NCBI GenBank assembly: GCA_964441495.1
Contig: CAYTXV010000001.1
Coordinates: 58,851-122,850 of the forward strand
DNA from: an uncultured Candidatus Saccharibacteria bacterium
GTDB taxonomy: Bacteria > Patescibacteriota > Minisyncoccia > Phycocordibacterales > UBA9973
DNA length: 64,000 bases
Direction of reading: 5' to 3'
Positions 27,962-36,522 of this stretch are shown piece by piece; position 1 is the stretch's first letter, and each line of letters opens with the position of its first letter. The notes beneath the pieces were generated by a model that was not told where the DNA came from, did no database searches, and saw only the letters and a list, made by a program, of their open reading frames with translations. The translations under genes were made by a program, and so were the position numbers.

Positions 27962-28592
27962 TACGCTTTTCTCTTCGCCTTTGCTCGCTCTGTTTCAGTG
28001 AGAAATCTTATGAAAAACTTCAAATCTTTTAGCGTATTTATATTTATACAATCACTCGAATAAGGAATTGCTGAAACATGTTTTTTAAGAAATGCTTGAA
28101 TATTGAGAGACGAAATATAACTCAACAAATCTGCTTCTGTTTTTTGAAATAAAACAGGTACAGAGTACAAGTTTTTGTGAGCATCATACATGCATACACT
28201 TTTTTACTACCAAAAGCTTTGTATTTCTCAAGAATCTCTGAGTTGTAAAAAATATCTCCGTGACTAAATATAAAAGCGCTATTTGTAATAAATGATTGTA
28301 TTTCTTTGTAAGCAAAAGGATTTTTGCTTTTTTGCCAATCAAGAACACAAGTTCGATAACGAGCCTTTGGGAAAAAATTATTTTGTACAAAGTTTTGAAA
28401 TAATGCTACCTGCCAATCTTTTTCAAACACAAGAAGAAAATCTTTTACTCCAAACAAAACAAGTATTTGAATCTGGTATGTCAGTAACGGCTTACCCTTT
28501 ATGAAACAAAGCGACTTGGGAATGATACCACCTGTTAGTTCAGGAATTCTTTTTCCTTGCCCACCTACCACCAACACCGCTTTTTTGAACAT
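27961..28592 (-). pseudogene. sugar-phosphate nucleotidyltransferase gene interrupted by a frameshift, ending in a typA-like 3' tail
   Basis: MFKKAVLVVGGQGKRIPELTGG...GKPLLTYQI is the NTP-transferase N-terminus. The reading frame breaks near 28122-28191, and the protein continues in the 27961-28191 ORF ending ...FLTETERAKAKRKA. The last ~46 nt are about 80% identical to the typA 3' end at 29003-29048. Confidence 0.55.
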
Positions 28593-28594
28593 GT

Positions 28595-28628
28595 TTGACA
28601 TTCTAACAGAAAAGTTGTAATGTTGCAA
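28595..28628. promoter_or_regulatory. divergent promoter module B (copy of module A)
   Basis: Same TTGACA / TAGAAT / TTGCAA arrangement. The minus-strand TSS is predicted at or near the NTase ATG (leaderless). Confidence 0.5.
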
Positions 28629-28655
28629 AAAACATTTCTAACTAAAAATAATTTT

Positions 28656-28958
28656 ATGACGAAAGAAAAAGAGAGGTTACCTAGAGAAACATATTCTATA
28701 GGTGATAATATCATCCTTGAAAACAGAGAACCCTTGAAAGGAAATGATATAGCTCCCCCGTTTCCAAAACGAAAGAAAAACTACAAAGTACTGAGGATAG
28801 AGCTCGACTCAAAAGGCAACCAACATTTAGGAGTTGGCTTAAAATCAAAAGTTAACTTTGTGAGATCATATGAAACAGGTGAACGCCTTACTGGGAGTGG
28901 TAATACACATTATTGTCACCCTTCTCGATTTAGAAAAAAAGTAAAAAGAAACAAATAG
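28656..28958 (+). CDS. small basic hypothetical protein (100 aa)
   Basis: MTKEKERLPRETYSIGDNI...GNTHYCHPSRFRKKVKRNK; no family recognised. Confidence 0.3.
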   Translation: MTKEKERLPRETYSIGDNIILENREPLKGNDIAPPFPKRKKNYKVLRIELDSKGNQHLGVGLKSKVNFVRSYETGERLTGSGNTHYCHPSRFRKKVKRNK

Positions 28959-28970
28959 TTTCCTCTAACA

Positions 28971-29000
28971 AAAATCCCCGATCACATGATCGGGGATTTT
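28971..29000. terminator. hairpin aaaatccccgatc-acat-gatcggggatttt
   Basis: Perfect 13-bp stem; bidirectional terminator shared by typA and the small ORF. Confidence 0.6.
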
Positions 29001-29002
29001 CT

Positions 29003-30802
29003 TTACACTTTTCTCTTTGCCTTTGATCGCTCAGTCTCCGTGAGATATTGCTTACGAAGTCGGACACTCTGCGGAGTAACTTCGAGAAATTCATCGTCTT
29101 GCATGACTTCAAGTCCGCGTTCGATCGAGAGTGTCCATGCGGGCACGAGCGTGACCGCTTCGTCAGAGCCAGATGCGCGCATGTTGGTGAGCTGTTTGCC
29201 TTTGGTTGGGTTTACGGTCATTTCTTCACCCTTACTTGTGTTACCGATCACCATACCTTCATATACTTCAGTAGTCGGAGTTATGTAGAGCGTACCGCGA
29301 TCCTGCAGTCCCCAGAGTGCAAATGCAAGCGCCTTGCCAGACTCCATACTGATCATACTTCCTACTTGTCGACGTGTGATCTCGCCTGCGTATGGTTTAA
29401 ATCCGATAACACGTGCGCTCATGATCCCCTCTCCACGAGTGTCGACGAGGAACTGGTTGCGGTAACCGAGGAGGCCGCGTGTCGGTCCAGTGAACACCAT
29501 GCGCACAGTGTTGTTCTTGAGGTTCATATCAGCCATGACAAATCCGCGCATGCCGAGCTTTTCGATGACGACACCCTGATAGTCTGCTGGTGCATCGATT
29601 GTAACTTCTTCAAATGGTTCACTTTTGACCCCATCGATATCTTTGATGATGACTTGTGGTTGAGATACCTGCATTTCATAGCCTTCACGACGCATCGTCT
29701 CAAGGAGGACTGCGATGTGCATCTCACCACGACCAAACACTTTGAATCCTTCAACCGTACGGTTTGGATCTGGAGCAAAGTCAACTTTGAGTCCGACGTT
29801 CACTTCGAGCTCTCGTTCGAGTCGCTCACGGATCTGACGAGAGGTGACAAACTTACCTTCCTTGCCTGCAAATGGTGAGTTGTTGACGAGGAAATCAAGC
29901 ACGATCGTTGGTTCGTCGATGGTGATCTCTGGGAGAAGCTCCGCGTCTTTGTTCGTAGAGATAGTCTCTCCGATAAAGATGTCTGGGATACCAGCAAGCA
30001 TGACAATGTCTCCTGCTACCGCTTCTGCTACTTCTTCGCGCTTCATACCCATAAAGGTGAAGAGTTTGGTGATCTTTGCAGTACGTGTATCACCGCTGTT
30101 GGTTTTGACATACACTGTATCGCCTACCTTTGCGACGCCTTCGTACACACGACCAGCTGCAAGACGTCCGAGGAAGTTGTCATACGCGAGGTTAAACGCC
30201 TGCATACGAAACTGTTTGGTTGTATCGTTAAGCGCAACTGGCACCTTCTCAAGGATCACATCAAAGAGTGGTTTGAGATCTTTGCGCTCGTCAGTTTCAG
30301 TACGCATCGCAACTCCTTCGCGTCCGATTGCATACACTGTTGTGAAGTCGAGCTGCTCGTCAGTTGCACCAAGCTCCATAAAGAGTTCAAACACTGCATC
30401 GTGTGTTGCACTACAGTCTGCACCTGGCTTGTCTATCTTGTTGATCACGACGATCGGCTTGAGTCCGAGCTCAAGTGACTTTTTCAAAACAAAGCGAGTT
30501 TGTGGCATGGGACCTTCTTGTGCATCTACAATGAGAAGCACTGAGTCGATCGAGCGAAGTACACGCTCAACTTCAGAACCAAAGTCCGCGTGACCTGGAG
30601 TATCGACGATGTTGATCTTGGTGCCTTCGTACATCACTGCGGTGTTCTTGGCATAGATAGTGATCCCGCGCTCTTGCTCGAGCTGGTTGGAGTCCATAGA
30701 TGCACCCGCGAGTTCTACTCCACAAAACTGGAGCATTTTGTCTGTAAGGGTTGTCTTGCCGTGGTCCACGTGCGCGATGATGGCGATGTTTCTGATTTGC
30801 AT
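29003..30802 (-). CDS. typA: translational GTPase TypA/BipA
   Basis: AIIAHVDHGKTTL, DTPGHADF and NKIDK G-motifs; 599 aa, ending ...LTETERSKAKRKV. Confidence 0.95.
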   Translation of the reverse strand: MQIRNIAIIAHVDHGKTTLTDKMLQFCGVELAGASMDSNQLEQERGITIYAKNTAVMYEGTKINIVDTPGHADFGSEVERVLRSIDSVLLIVDAQEGPMPQTRFVLKKSLELGLKPIVVINKIDKPGADCSATHDAVFELFMELGATDEQLDFTTVYAIGREGVAMRTETDERKDLKPLFDVILEKVPVALNDTTKQFRMQAFNLAYDNFLGRLAAGRVYEGVAKVGDTVYVKTNSGDTRTAKITKLFTFMGMKREEVAEAVAGDIVMLAGIPDIFIGETISTNKDAELLPEITIDEPTIVLDFLVNNSPFAGKEGKFVTSRQIRERLERELEVNVGLKVDFAPDPNRTVEGFKVFGRGEMHIAVLLETMRREGYEMQVSQPQVIIKDIDGVKSEPFEEVTIDAPADYQGVVIEKLGMRGFVMADMNLKNNTVRMVFTGPTRGLLGYRNQFLVDTRGEGIMSARVIGFKPYAGEITRRQVGSMISMESGKALAFALWGLQDRGTLYITPTTEVYEGMVIGNTSKGEEMTVNPTKGKQLTNMRASGSDEAVTLVPAWTLSIERGLEVMQDDEFLEVTPQSVRLRKQYLTETERSKAKRKV

Positions 30803-30931
30803 AAAATATTTCTATAAAATAAGGCCCGTTTGGGCACTAAATTGAGTGCTATTTATATCATAAAAATGAGAAAATGCAAAGAAAAAGCCCGACCATTTCT
30901 GATCGAGCTTTGAAATTCAATGTTCAACAAA

Positions 30932-32698
30932 TCATTCTTTGCCAAGAAACTTTGTCCACCCAGGAAAATCAGGATAAATCCGCCGAGGATCGTAGACTAG
31001 CCCCGGATCTTTTTTATAGGATTGTTTATAGCTAGTTATAGAATTTATTCCTAAAGTTTTACAAGCTTTTGAGGCTTCTTTCCAATTCTTATATCGGGCT
31101 TTACCTAAAAACACAACGTAACCAGGAAAATCTGAGTACACTGTTTCAGGGCGCGAAGGAAGTTTTGGATCTTTTTTAAAATCAATTTTATATTGATCAA
31201 AAGTTTTAATCCCTAATTTGATTGCAGCTTTAGATGCTAACTTCCAAGACTTGTAAAAATTTTTTGGTTTTCTTCCAAGGAAGATGTACCACTTTGGAAA
31301 ATTTTTATATGTCCTATTTGGATTTCCTGGAAGTCTTGGGTCTTCTTTAAATCTATTTTTATAATCCGTATAATTTTTGATTCCCAATTTAACAGCTGCC
31401 TCAGAAGCTTCCTGCCATGTCGGGTAAAAATCTTGCCCCAATCTCTCAAACACAGAGAATAAATTTACAACCTGATCTGAGAAGTCAAAACTAAATCCTT
31501 TTCCTTCAACATGAAGCGGAGACATATTCGGTGTGCCATTCTTCTTCCGTTCAATTCCGGCGATTGTTTCAATCTCCAGTGCAAGTTTTGCAACCTGTTT
31601 GATCCGTTCAATGTTTCCGACAAAGTCCAGTACGACAACTTTTTCTTTTCCAGGAACTTTTCGCAACCCTCTTCCGAGCTGTTGATAAAAAATCCGTTCA
31701 GATTCAGTACGCCTGAGGAAACTCAGAAGTTCTGTATCAGGAATATCAATACCTTCATTGAACTTATCAACGACTAGCACATGTTTAACTGCGCCGGTTT
31801 CGAATAGTTCATAGTTAGCATCATTTACCCCTGTTGCCTGTTGTGAATGGATAGATACGGAGGATGGAAGCAAGAAACTGATGTGCTGTGCGTGTTGGAT
31901 ATTTTCGCAAAACACAATCGCTTTCCTTGTTTTTGAATACTGTTGAATGATTTTGCACTGCTCCTGAGAACGGACTTTGATAAAGATCTTTTCATTGATT
32001 TGCTTTTCTGTCATACGAACATTGTCGTCGAGGACATCTTTGCAAATTTGTCTGATTTTTTCTTCATCAAGTCCATCAGAAAGCAATTTGTATTCAACAG
32101 GGGTCAACCATCCTTTTGCGATTGCTTCGGGTAAGAGGATTTTTACAACCTCTTCTCCGAATATGTCGCGGATATCTTCTCCATCTTCACGATCAGGAGT
32201 TGCGGTCATGCCAAGCTTATACTTTGGCTTGAAGTAATTGATTACTTCAGCGTAGGTTTCCGCTTGAGCGTGATGACTTTCGTCTACCACAATAAACGTA
32301 AAGTGCTTTGGAGAAAATAATTTCTTCTTTGCCTTTGGATTATTGAGGTGCGCAAGAACTGATTGGAATGTGGCAAACACGAAATTGTGTTTATCTGCCT
32401 CCCAGTCTTTTTGGGTGCCATAAAATTTGGCATAGGTGTATGATTCCCCGATATACTTTCTGTAATCCTTGTATGTCTTGTTTAAGATGCCATTATCGTG
32501 GCACAGAAAAAGTACTCTGTCTTTCGGGGTAATGAAATATTTCACCACCTCGATCGACACAATCGTTTTTCCCAAACCAGTAACCATGACCATAAGGGCA
32601 CGGAAGGTTTTCTTAAGCGCAGCAACAAGTTTCTTGAAAGCTATACCTTGGTAATCATACAGTTTGATTTGTTTACTGTTTGATTTTGAATGTGCCAT
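30932..32698 (-). CDS. SF2 DExH helicase (ResIII + helicase C) with three tandem ~55-aa C-terminal repeats
   Basis: YDYQ, GLGKT and VVDESHH motifs, a helicase C domain (QQLGRGLR), then three repeats of W.EAS.AA.KLGI..(5)YK..FKKDP.LP..P..(V/I)Y.(D/N)FPGW..FLGK. AT-rich gene. Confidence 0.8.
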   Translation of the reverse strand: MAHSKSNSKQIKLYDYQGIAFKKLVAALKKTFRALMVMVTGLGKTIVSIEVVKYFITPKDRVLFLCHDNGILNKTYKDYRKYIGESYTYAKFYGTQKDWEADKHNFVFATFQSVLAHLNNPKAKKKLFSPKHFTFIVVDESHHAQAETYAEVINYFKPKYKLGMTATPDREDGEDIRDIFGEEVVKILLPEAIAKGWLTPVEYKLLSDGLDEEKIRQICKDVLDDNVRMTEKQINEKIFIKVRSQEQCKIIQQYSKTRKAIVFCENIQHAQHISFLLPSSVSIHSQQATGVNDANYELFETGAVKHVLVVDKFNEGIDIPDTELLSFLRRTESERIFYQQLGRGLRKVPGKEKVVVLDFVGNIERIKQVAKLALEIETIAGIERKKNGTPNMSPLHVEGKGFSFDFSDQVVNLFSVFERLGQDFYPTWQEASEAAVKLGIKNYTDYKNRFKEDPRLPGNPNRTYKNFPKWYIFLGRKPKNFYKSWKLASKAAIKLGIKTFDQYKIDFKKDPKLPSRPETVYSDFPGYVVFLGKARYKNWKEASKACKTLGINSITSYKQSYKKDPGLVYDPRRIYPDFPGWTKFLGKE

Positions 32699-32710
32699 TT
32701 TTTTGATTTT

Positions 32711-32763
32711 TAGTGGGTTATTTCAAATTCCTAAAACATTTGAGAACCTAAAATAACCCACTA
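32711..32763. repeat. perfect 13-bp inverted repeat (tagtgggttattt / aaataacccacta) with 27-nt loop upstream of the helicase gene
   Basis: Lies between the intron-containing tRNA and the helicase start; could be an operator or a processing hairpin. Confidence 0.5.
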
Positions 32764-32806
32764 ATTTTTCAATATTATACTATATTTAGACAATAAAGTC
32801 AAATAT

Positions 32807-33060
32807 TTGGAGCCAATGATCGGGATTGAACCGATGACCTCCCCCTTCGCTCCTACCTCAATTTCGAAACCTTATATGAGGGCTAGACTGTATCTTTACG
32901 CCTATGGCGTACCCTTGTCAGTCGTTCGGGCGAGTACATCGCCACGGTCTTGTCTCTTTCAAGATATTAACCGTTATTCGGGATTCACCACAAAATTACT
33001 TTTATGGTGGGCAGAAACGCGTTCTACCATGGGGGTGCTCTACCAACTGAGCTACATTGG
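32807..33060 (-). tRNA. tRNA-Thr (anticodon GGU) interrupted by a 178-nt intervening sequence between positions 36 and 37; CCA encoded
   Basis: Exon 1 (33060-33025) is gccaatg-ta-gctc-agttggta-gagc-a-ccccc-atggt. Exon 2 (32846-32807) is aa-ggggg-aggtc-atcgg-ttcaatc-ccgat-cattggc-t-cca. The acceptor halves gccaatg/cattggc pair perfectly, and the spliced loop reads auGGUaa. Confidence 0.6.
32847..33024 (-). ncRNA. group I-like intron in the tRNA-Thr anticodon loop
   Basis: The 5' splice site follows U with a possible P1 (exon GGU + intron AG pairing with CUGCC, U.G wobble at the junction). Candidate P7 GACUG/CAGUC flanks a P8 hairpin guacgcc-aua-ggcguaa, and the intron ends in G. Hand-folded only. 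Confidence 0.4.
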
Positions 33061-33083
33061 CGTGGTATTGCTCCTGCAAAATA

Positions 33084-33680
33084 TCACATTTTGCGTACTT
33101 TTTCAAGAGAATCAATAATAAGATCTCGAAGTTTCTTATTGTTCATAAACACTGTAAGAACTCCATATTTTACTTTATTTGCATATGTTCCTTTTTTATT
33201 AGAAATGCTAATCGTTGTTTTATAAAATTGGTTTTCTGAAACATTAAGATGTTTAATCCAAAATTTTTTTGCCTCTTTTTCACAAATATCAGTAAAAAGT
33301 TGTAATCCGAAGTGTAACTGTTCTTTTTTGATTGAATAAGTCTGATTAAGAAATTCAATGAATTTTTTTATTAAATCTGGATCGGTGTTACCGAGTCGTA
33401 CTGAATGCGTTGAGCGTTTTGTTCCCTCGCCCCAATAAAGTCCCAATCCCATACCATACAAAAACCATTCTTTACTAGTTTTTGGTTGATTAAAAACAAA
33501 TGGATCTCCTTTTGGGTTTTTTAATGTATATATTGCATCAGAGATAGAACGTTTCTTAATTGCATATTTTTGCAAATAATAATTGATTGTCGATGTTCCA
33601 ACTGAAAGCTTTTTTGCTATTTGTGCAGCAGAAAGACTTTTCTTAGTATACAGAGTATCAAGAATCTTCTTGGTAATCAT
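33084..33680 (-). CDS. HTH + LAGLIDADG-like (single-motif) homing endonuclease-like protein, free-standing upstream of the intron-bearing tRNA
   Basis: N-terminal helix-turn-helix (LSAAQIAKKLSVGTSTINYYL), then WFLYGMGLGLYWGEGTK resembling a degenerate LAGLIDADG block with an acidic residue retained. AT-rich. Confidence 0.45.
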   Translation of the reverse strand: MITKKILDTLYTKKSLSAAQIAKKLSVGTSTINYYLQKYAIKKRSISDAIYTLKNPKGDPFVFNQPKTSKEWFLYGMGLGLYWGEGTKRSTHSVRLGNTDPDLIKKFIEFLNQTYSIKKEQLHFGLQLFTDICEKEAKKFWIKHLNVSENQFYKTTISISNKKGTYANKVKYGVLTVFMNNKKLRDLIIDSLEKVRKM

Positions 33681-33733
33681 AGTAGATACTGTACAGTATA
33701 GTATATAGTTCTACTATTTTTATCTTTTTTCAA

Positions 33734-35107
33734 TTACCGCACGAAGGTAAGCGCAGTTCCCTTTTTGGTACCGCGACCGGTACGGCCGATGCGGTGGATG
33801 TAGGTATCGTACGTAGACGGTGTGTCATAGTTGATCACGTGCGAGACATCTGCGATATCGATACCACGTGCCGCAACGTCTGTTGCGATGAGTGCTTGGA
33901 TCATCCCCTTTTTGAGACTGTCCACTGCGCGGTTACGTTCACGCACGCGCATGTCACCATGGAGTGCTTGGACTTTGAACCCTCTTGATCGAAGCTCTCG
34001 AGCAAGCTCATCGGTGTGACGCTTGGTCTCACGGAAAATGATTGCTTTGGTGACTTCTGGACGAGCGAGGATCTCATGGAGTTTGTCTATCTTGTTTGCA
34101 CCACCAACACGCACGATGTCCTGATCAACACTTGCTGAAGTGTCGCGGGTCTTGAGCGACACTGTCACTGGATCACGGAGGAAGTCTGTACAAAGGCGCT
34201 TGATGTCAGGAGAAAACGTTGCTGAGAAAAACATCCCTTGTTTACCAACAGGCATCTTGCCGAGGATATCGCGCATGTCGTCGATAAATCCCATATCAAG
34301 CATACGATCTGCTTCATCGAGCACGACAGTGTTGAAGTTGGTGATGTCGAGCTTGCCGCGTTCGATCAAGTCTTTGACACGCCCTGGTGTACCGATCACG
34401 ATGTGTACACCGAGATCTATCTCTTTGATTTGTTTGCTGATCGGAAGCCCACCAACTGCAGAGACACTAAAGAGTCGCATCCCAAACGTAAATGCGCGAA
34501 ACTCTTCTTCGATCTGCTGCGCGAGCTCACGTGTCGGCGCAAGCACGAGTGCTTGGTGCATACGATCATCCACAAATTTGTTGATGATAGGGATGAGAAA
34601 TGCTGCAGTCTTGCCGGTACCAGTTGCGGCGATACCGATCACGTCTTTGCCTTCGAGTGCTACAGGGATCGCCTGGTCCTGGATCGGAGATGGATGCACG
34701 AACCCTTTGCGTGCCAAGTTTTTGGCCAAACTATCATGGATGTTGAAATCTGCAAACGTATGTGTCGGCACGTATACAGCCTCCTCAGTTATCTCTGGAG
34801 CTTTGTTGATGAAACGTGACTCGTCGATGTAGTCAGCTTTGGGGCCACGCTTACCGCCGCGTGCAGTACCTCTTCCGCCAAATGATGAACGAGGACGTCC
34901 ACCGCCAAACCCACGCCCTGCAAATGGGCTCGCTGGTCGTTTACCTTCATAGCGCACACCACTACCGATTGCAGCAATGATGCGTCCTGATGAAAACCCA
35001 CCGCCTTGTCGAGAAGTAGTTCGTTTTGTAGATGATCGTCCAGCACCTGAGCTGAAACGACGAGAAACGGTGCGCCCCTCTGAGGAACGCGAATGTTGTA
35101 TAGTCAT
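33734..35107 (-). CDS. DEAD-box ATP-dependent RNA helicase with RGG-rich N-terminal tail
   Basis: Q motif, AxTGTGKT, PTRELA, DEAD, SAT and HRIGRTGR motifs. Confidence 0.9.
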   Translation of the reverse strand: MTIQHSRSSEGRTVSRRFSSGAGRSSTKRTTSRQGGGFSSGRIIAAIGSGVRYEGKRPASPFAGRGFGGGRPRSSFGGRGTARGGKRGPKADYIDESRFINKAPEITEEAVYVPTHTFADFNIHDSLAKNLARKGFVHPSPIQDQAIPVALEGKDVIGIAATGTGKTAAFLIPIINKFVDDRMHQALVLAPTRELAQQIEEEFRAFTFGMRLFSVSAVGGLPISKQIKEIDLGVHIVIGTPGRVKDLIERGKLDITNFNTVVLDEADRMLDMGFIDDMRDILGKMPVGKQGMFFSATFSPDIKRLCTDFLRDPVTVSLKTRDTSASVDQDIVRVGGANKIDKLHEILARPEVTKAIIFRETKRHTDELARELRSRGFKVQALHGDMRVRERNRAVDSLKKGMIQALIATDVAARGIDIADVSHVINYDTPSTYDTYIHRIGRTGRGTKKGTALTFVR

Positions 35108-35212
35108 TATTTTGTTACTTATATTACTTCGTCTGTGTCATCCGAGACTCCGAAGTCCTATAACACAAAATGAATAATGAACTATGATAACACTATTTCT
35201 TTTTGCTGTCAA

Positions 35213-36091
35213 TTATCCTCCAAAACTACTTGATGCAAGCTTGCGAGCGTTGTCTATCCAATCAAGCGCCTTTTTGGAATCAGCAAGTCGGTTTTTGGAC
35301 CCGAGGATCACTACGGTGATGTAGTCATACTCATCATTTCCTTGCGTCACAAATGCGAGATTTTGTCCTGCAAGTGCTGTAAGTCCTGTTTTGCCAAAGA
35401 TGACCTTATCTTTGTAGTTTTCGTCCAGATACAACGCGTTGGACTGACGCACTTCTATCGTTGTGTTGTTTTTAAGATCAGTGATATCTGCTTTGGGTTG
35501 CCCTGCAAACGCCACAATCACTGGATCGTTCCGATAAATATCACTCAGGAGTCGTGAGAGGTGGTATGGGGTCAATCTATTTGCATTACTCAATACCCGC
35601 TTGGCTGGATCAAGTCCTGATGGGTTGTAAAACGATGTTGCAGTGTATTTGTTGGTGCGCAAGATTTCATTCATCTTTGCAATAAACTTCTTTTTACCAA
35701 CACCTTCCATAAACGCTGTTGCCGCATCGTTACTTGAAGTGATGAGGAGTGCTTTCAAAAGATCGTCTCGTGTAAATTGTGATCCAACAACCATACCCTT
35801 GACCGAACCTTCTGTTGCGATAGCTGTAGATGTCATAGAAAAGATCGCATCTTTGGGATAAAGTTCTTCAACAGCTTTTGCGGTAATGAGTTTGGTGATG
35901 CTCGCAACAGGATACAATCTATGTTCATTTTTGACATACAGAGGCACTGGCTCGTCACTATCCTTTTTCCAGCCATAGATAGCGATACCTTTTGCGCTGA
36001 CCTGTGGCATCGGCACAACAGGAGCCTGTGCGCCGACAGTGACAGGTAGCATAAGGATACCGAGCATTATGATTAGACCATACCTTTTCAT
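35213..36091 (-). CDS. dacA: D-alanyl-D-alanine carboxypeptidase (serine-type, PBP5/S11 family)
   Basis: Signal peptide, then SITK (SxxK), SSN and KTG motifs. Confidence 0.85.
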   Translation of the reverse strand: MKRYGLIIMLGILMLPVTVGAQAPVVPMPQVSAKGIAIYGWKKDSDEPVPLYVKNEHRLYPVASITKLITAKAVEELYPKDAIFSMTSTAIATEGSVKGMVVGSQFTRDDLLKALLITSSNDAATAFMEGVGKKKFIAKMNEILRTNKYTATSFYNPSGLDPAKRVLSNANRLTPYHLSRLLSDIYRNDPVIVAFAGQPKADITDLKNNTTIEVRQSNALYLDENYKDKVIFGKTGLTALAGQNLAFVTQGNDEYDYITVVILGSKNRLADSKKALDWIDNARKLASSSFGG

Positions 36092-36181
36092 AAGAGATAG
36101 TATAGCATCCTGTTGAATTTTTGAGGATATATGCTATATTTTTGAAGCCTTTATAGGCAGTCTTGTTGTTATAGGCTCACT

Positions 36182-36255
36182 TGTCGGCGTAGCTCAGCTG
36201 GTTAGAGCGTAGCATTCATAACGCTAAGGTCGGTGGATCGTGCCCACCCGTCGAC
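36182..36255 (+). tRNA. tRNA with anticodon CAU (elongator Met or Ile2/lysidine type)
   Basis: Acceptor gtcggcg/cgtcgac with G1-C72 paired, anticodon loop ttCATaa. Atypical T-loop atcgtgc (A54/U58) and an A31.C39 mismatch. Confidence 0.65.
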
Positions 36256-36288
36256 ACCCGGCCCGAAATGGGCTCAAGATTAACAATT

Positions 36289-36365
36289 TGCGGACGTAGC
36301 TCAACTGGTTAGAGCACCCGCCTGTCACGCGGGAGGTTGCGGGTTCAAGTCCCGTCGTTCGCGCC
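36289..36365 (+). tRNA. tRNA-Asp (anticodon GUC), CCA encoded
   Basis: gcggacg acceptor, anticodon loop ctGTCac, T-loop ttcaagt, 3' gcca. Confidence 0.9.
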
Positions 36366-36366
36366 A

Positions 36367-36400
36367 CGCAAAAATCCCTAGGAAATCTAGGGATTTTTGC
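36367..36400. terminator. hairpin gcaaaaatccctag-gaaat-ctagggatttttgc
   Basis: Perfect 14-bp stem with T-run; bidirectional, between convergent tRNA genes. Confidence 0.7.
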
Positions 36401-36406
36401 GTTCTT

Positions 36407-36477
36407 GTTGCGGGGCCACGAATCGAACGTGGGTCTTAAGGTTATGAGCCTTACGAGATACCTCTTCTCTACCCCGC
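36407..36477 (-). tRNA. tRNA-Met (anticodon CAU), candidate initiator
   Basis: Unpaired 1:72 (A.A), 6 GC-rich acceptor pairs, A11:U24, anticodon loop ctCATaa, T-loop ttcgatt, discriminator A. Only two G-C pairs at 30-31/39-40. Confidence 0.55.
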
Positions 36478-36522
36478 TATCTGAGAGATTTCATAATACA
36501 AGAAACGCCTATTTTTCGCAAC

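Noticed and set aside
29048-30817. Several long plus-strand ORFs (up to 276 aa) inside typA
   Set aside because: They are antisense to a well-conserved GTPase gene. They are Ser/Arg-rich with no motifs.
32807-33118. 103-aa plus-strand ORF (MEPMIGIEPMTS...)
   Set aside because: It overlaps the antisense of the split tRNA-Thr and its intron; GIEPMTS is the familiar tRNA-antisense artefact.
34140-34832. 230-aa and 193-aa plus-strand ORFs
   Set aside because: They are antisense to the DEAD-box helicase gene.
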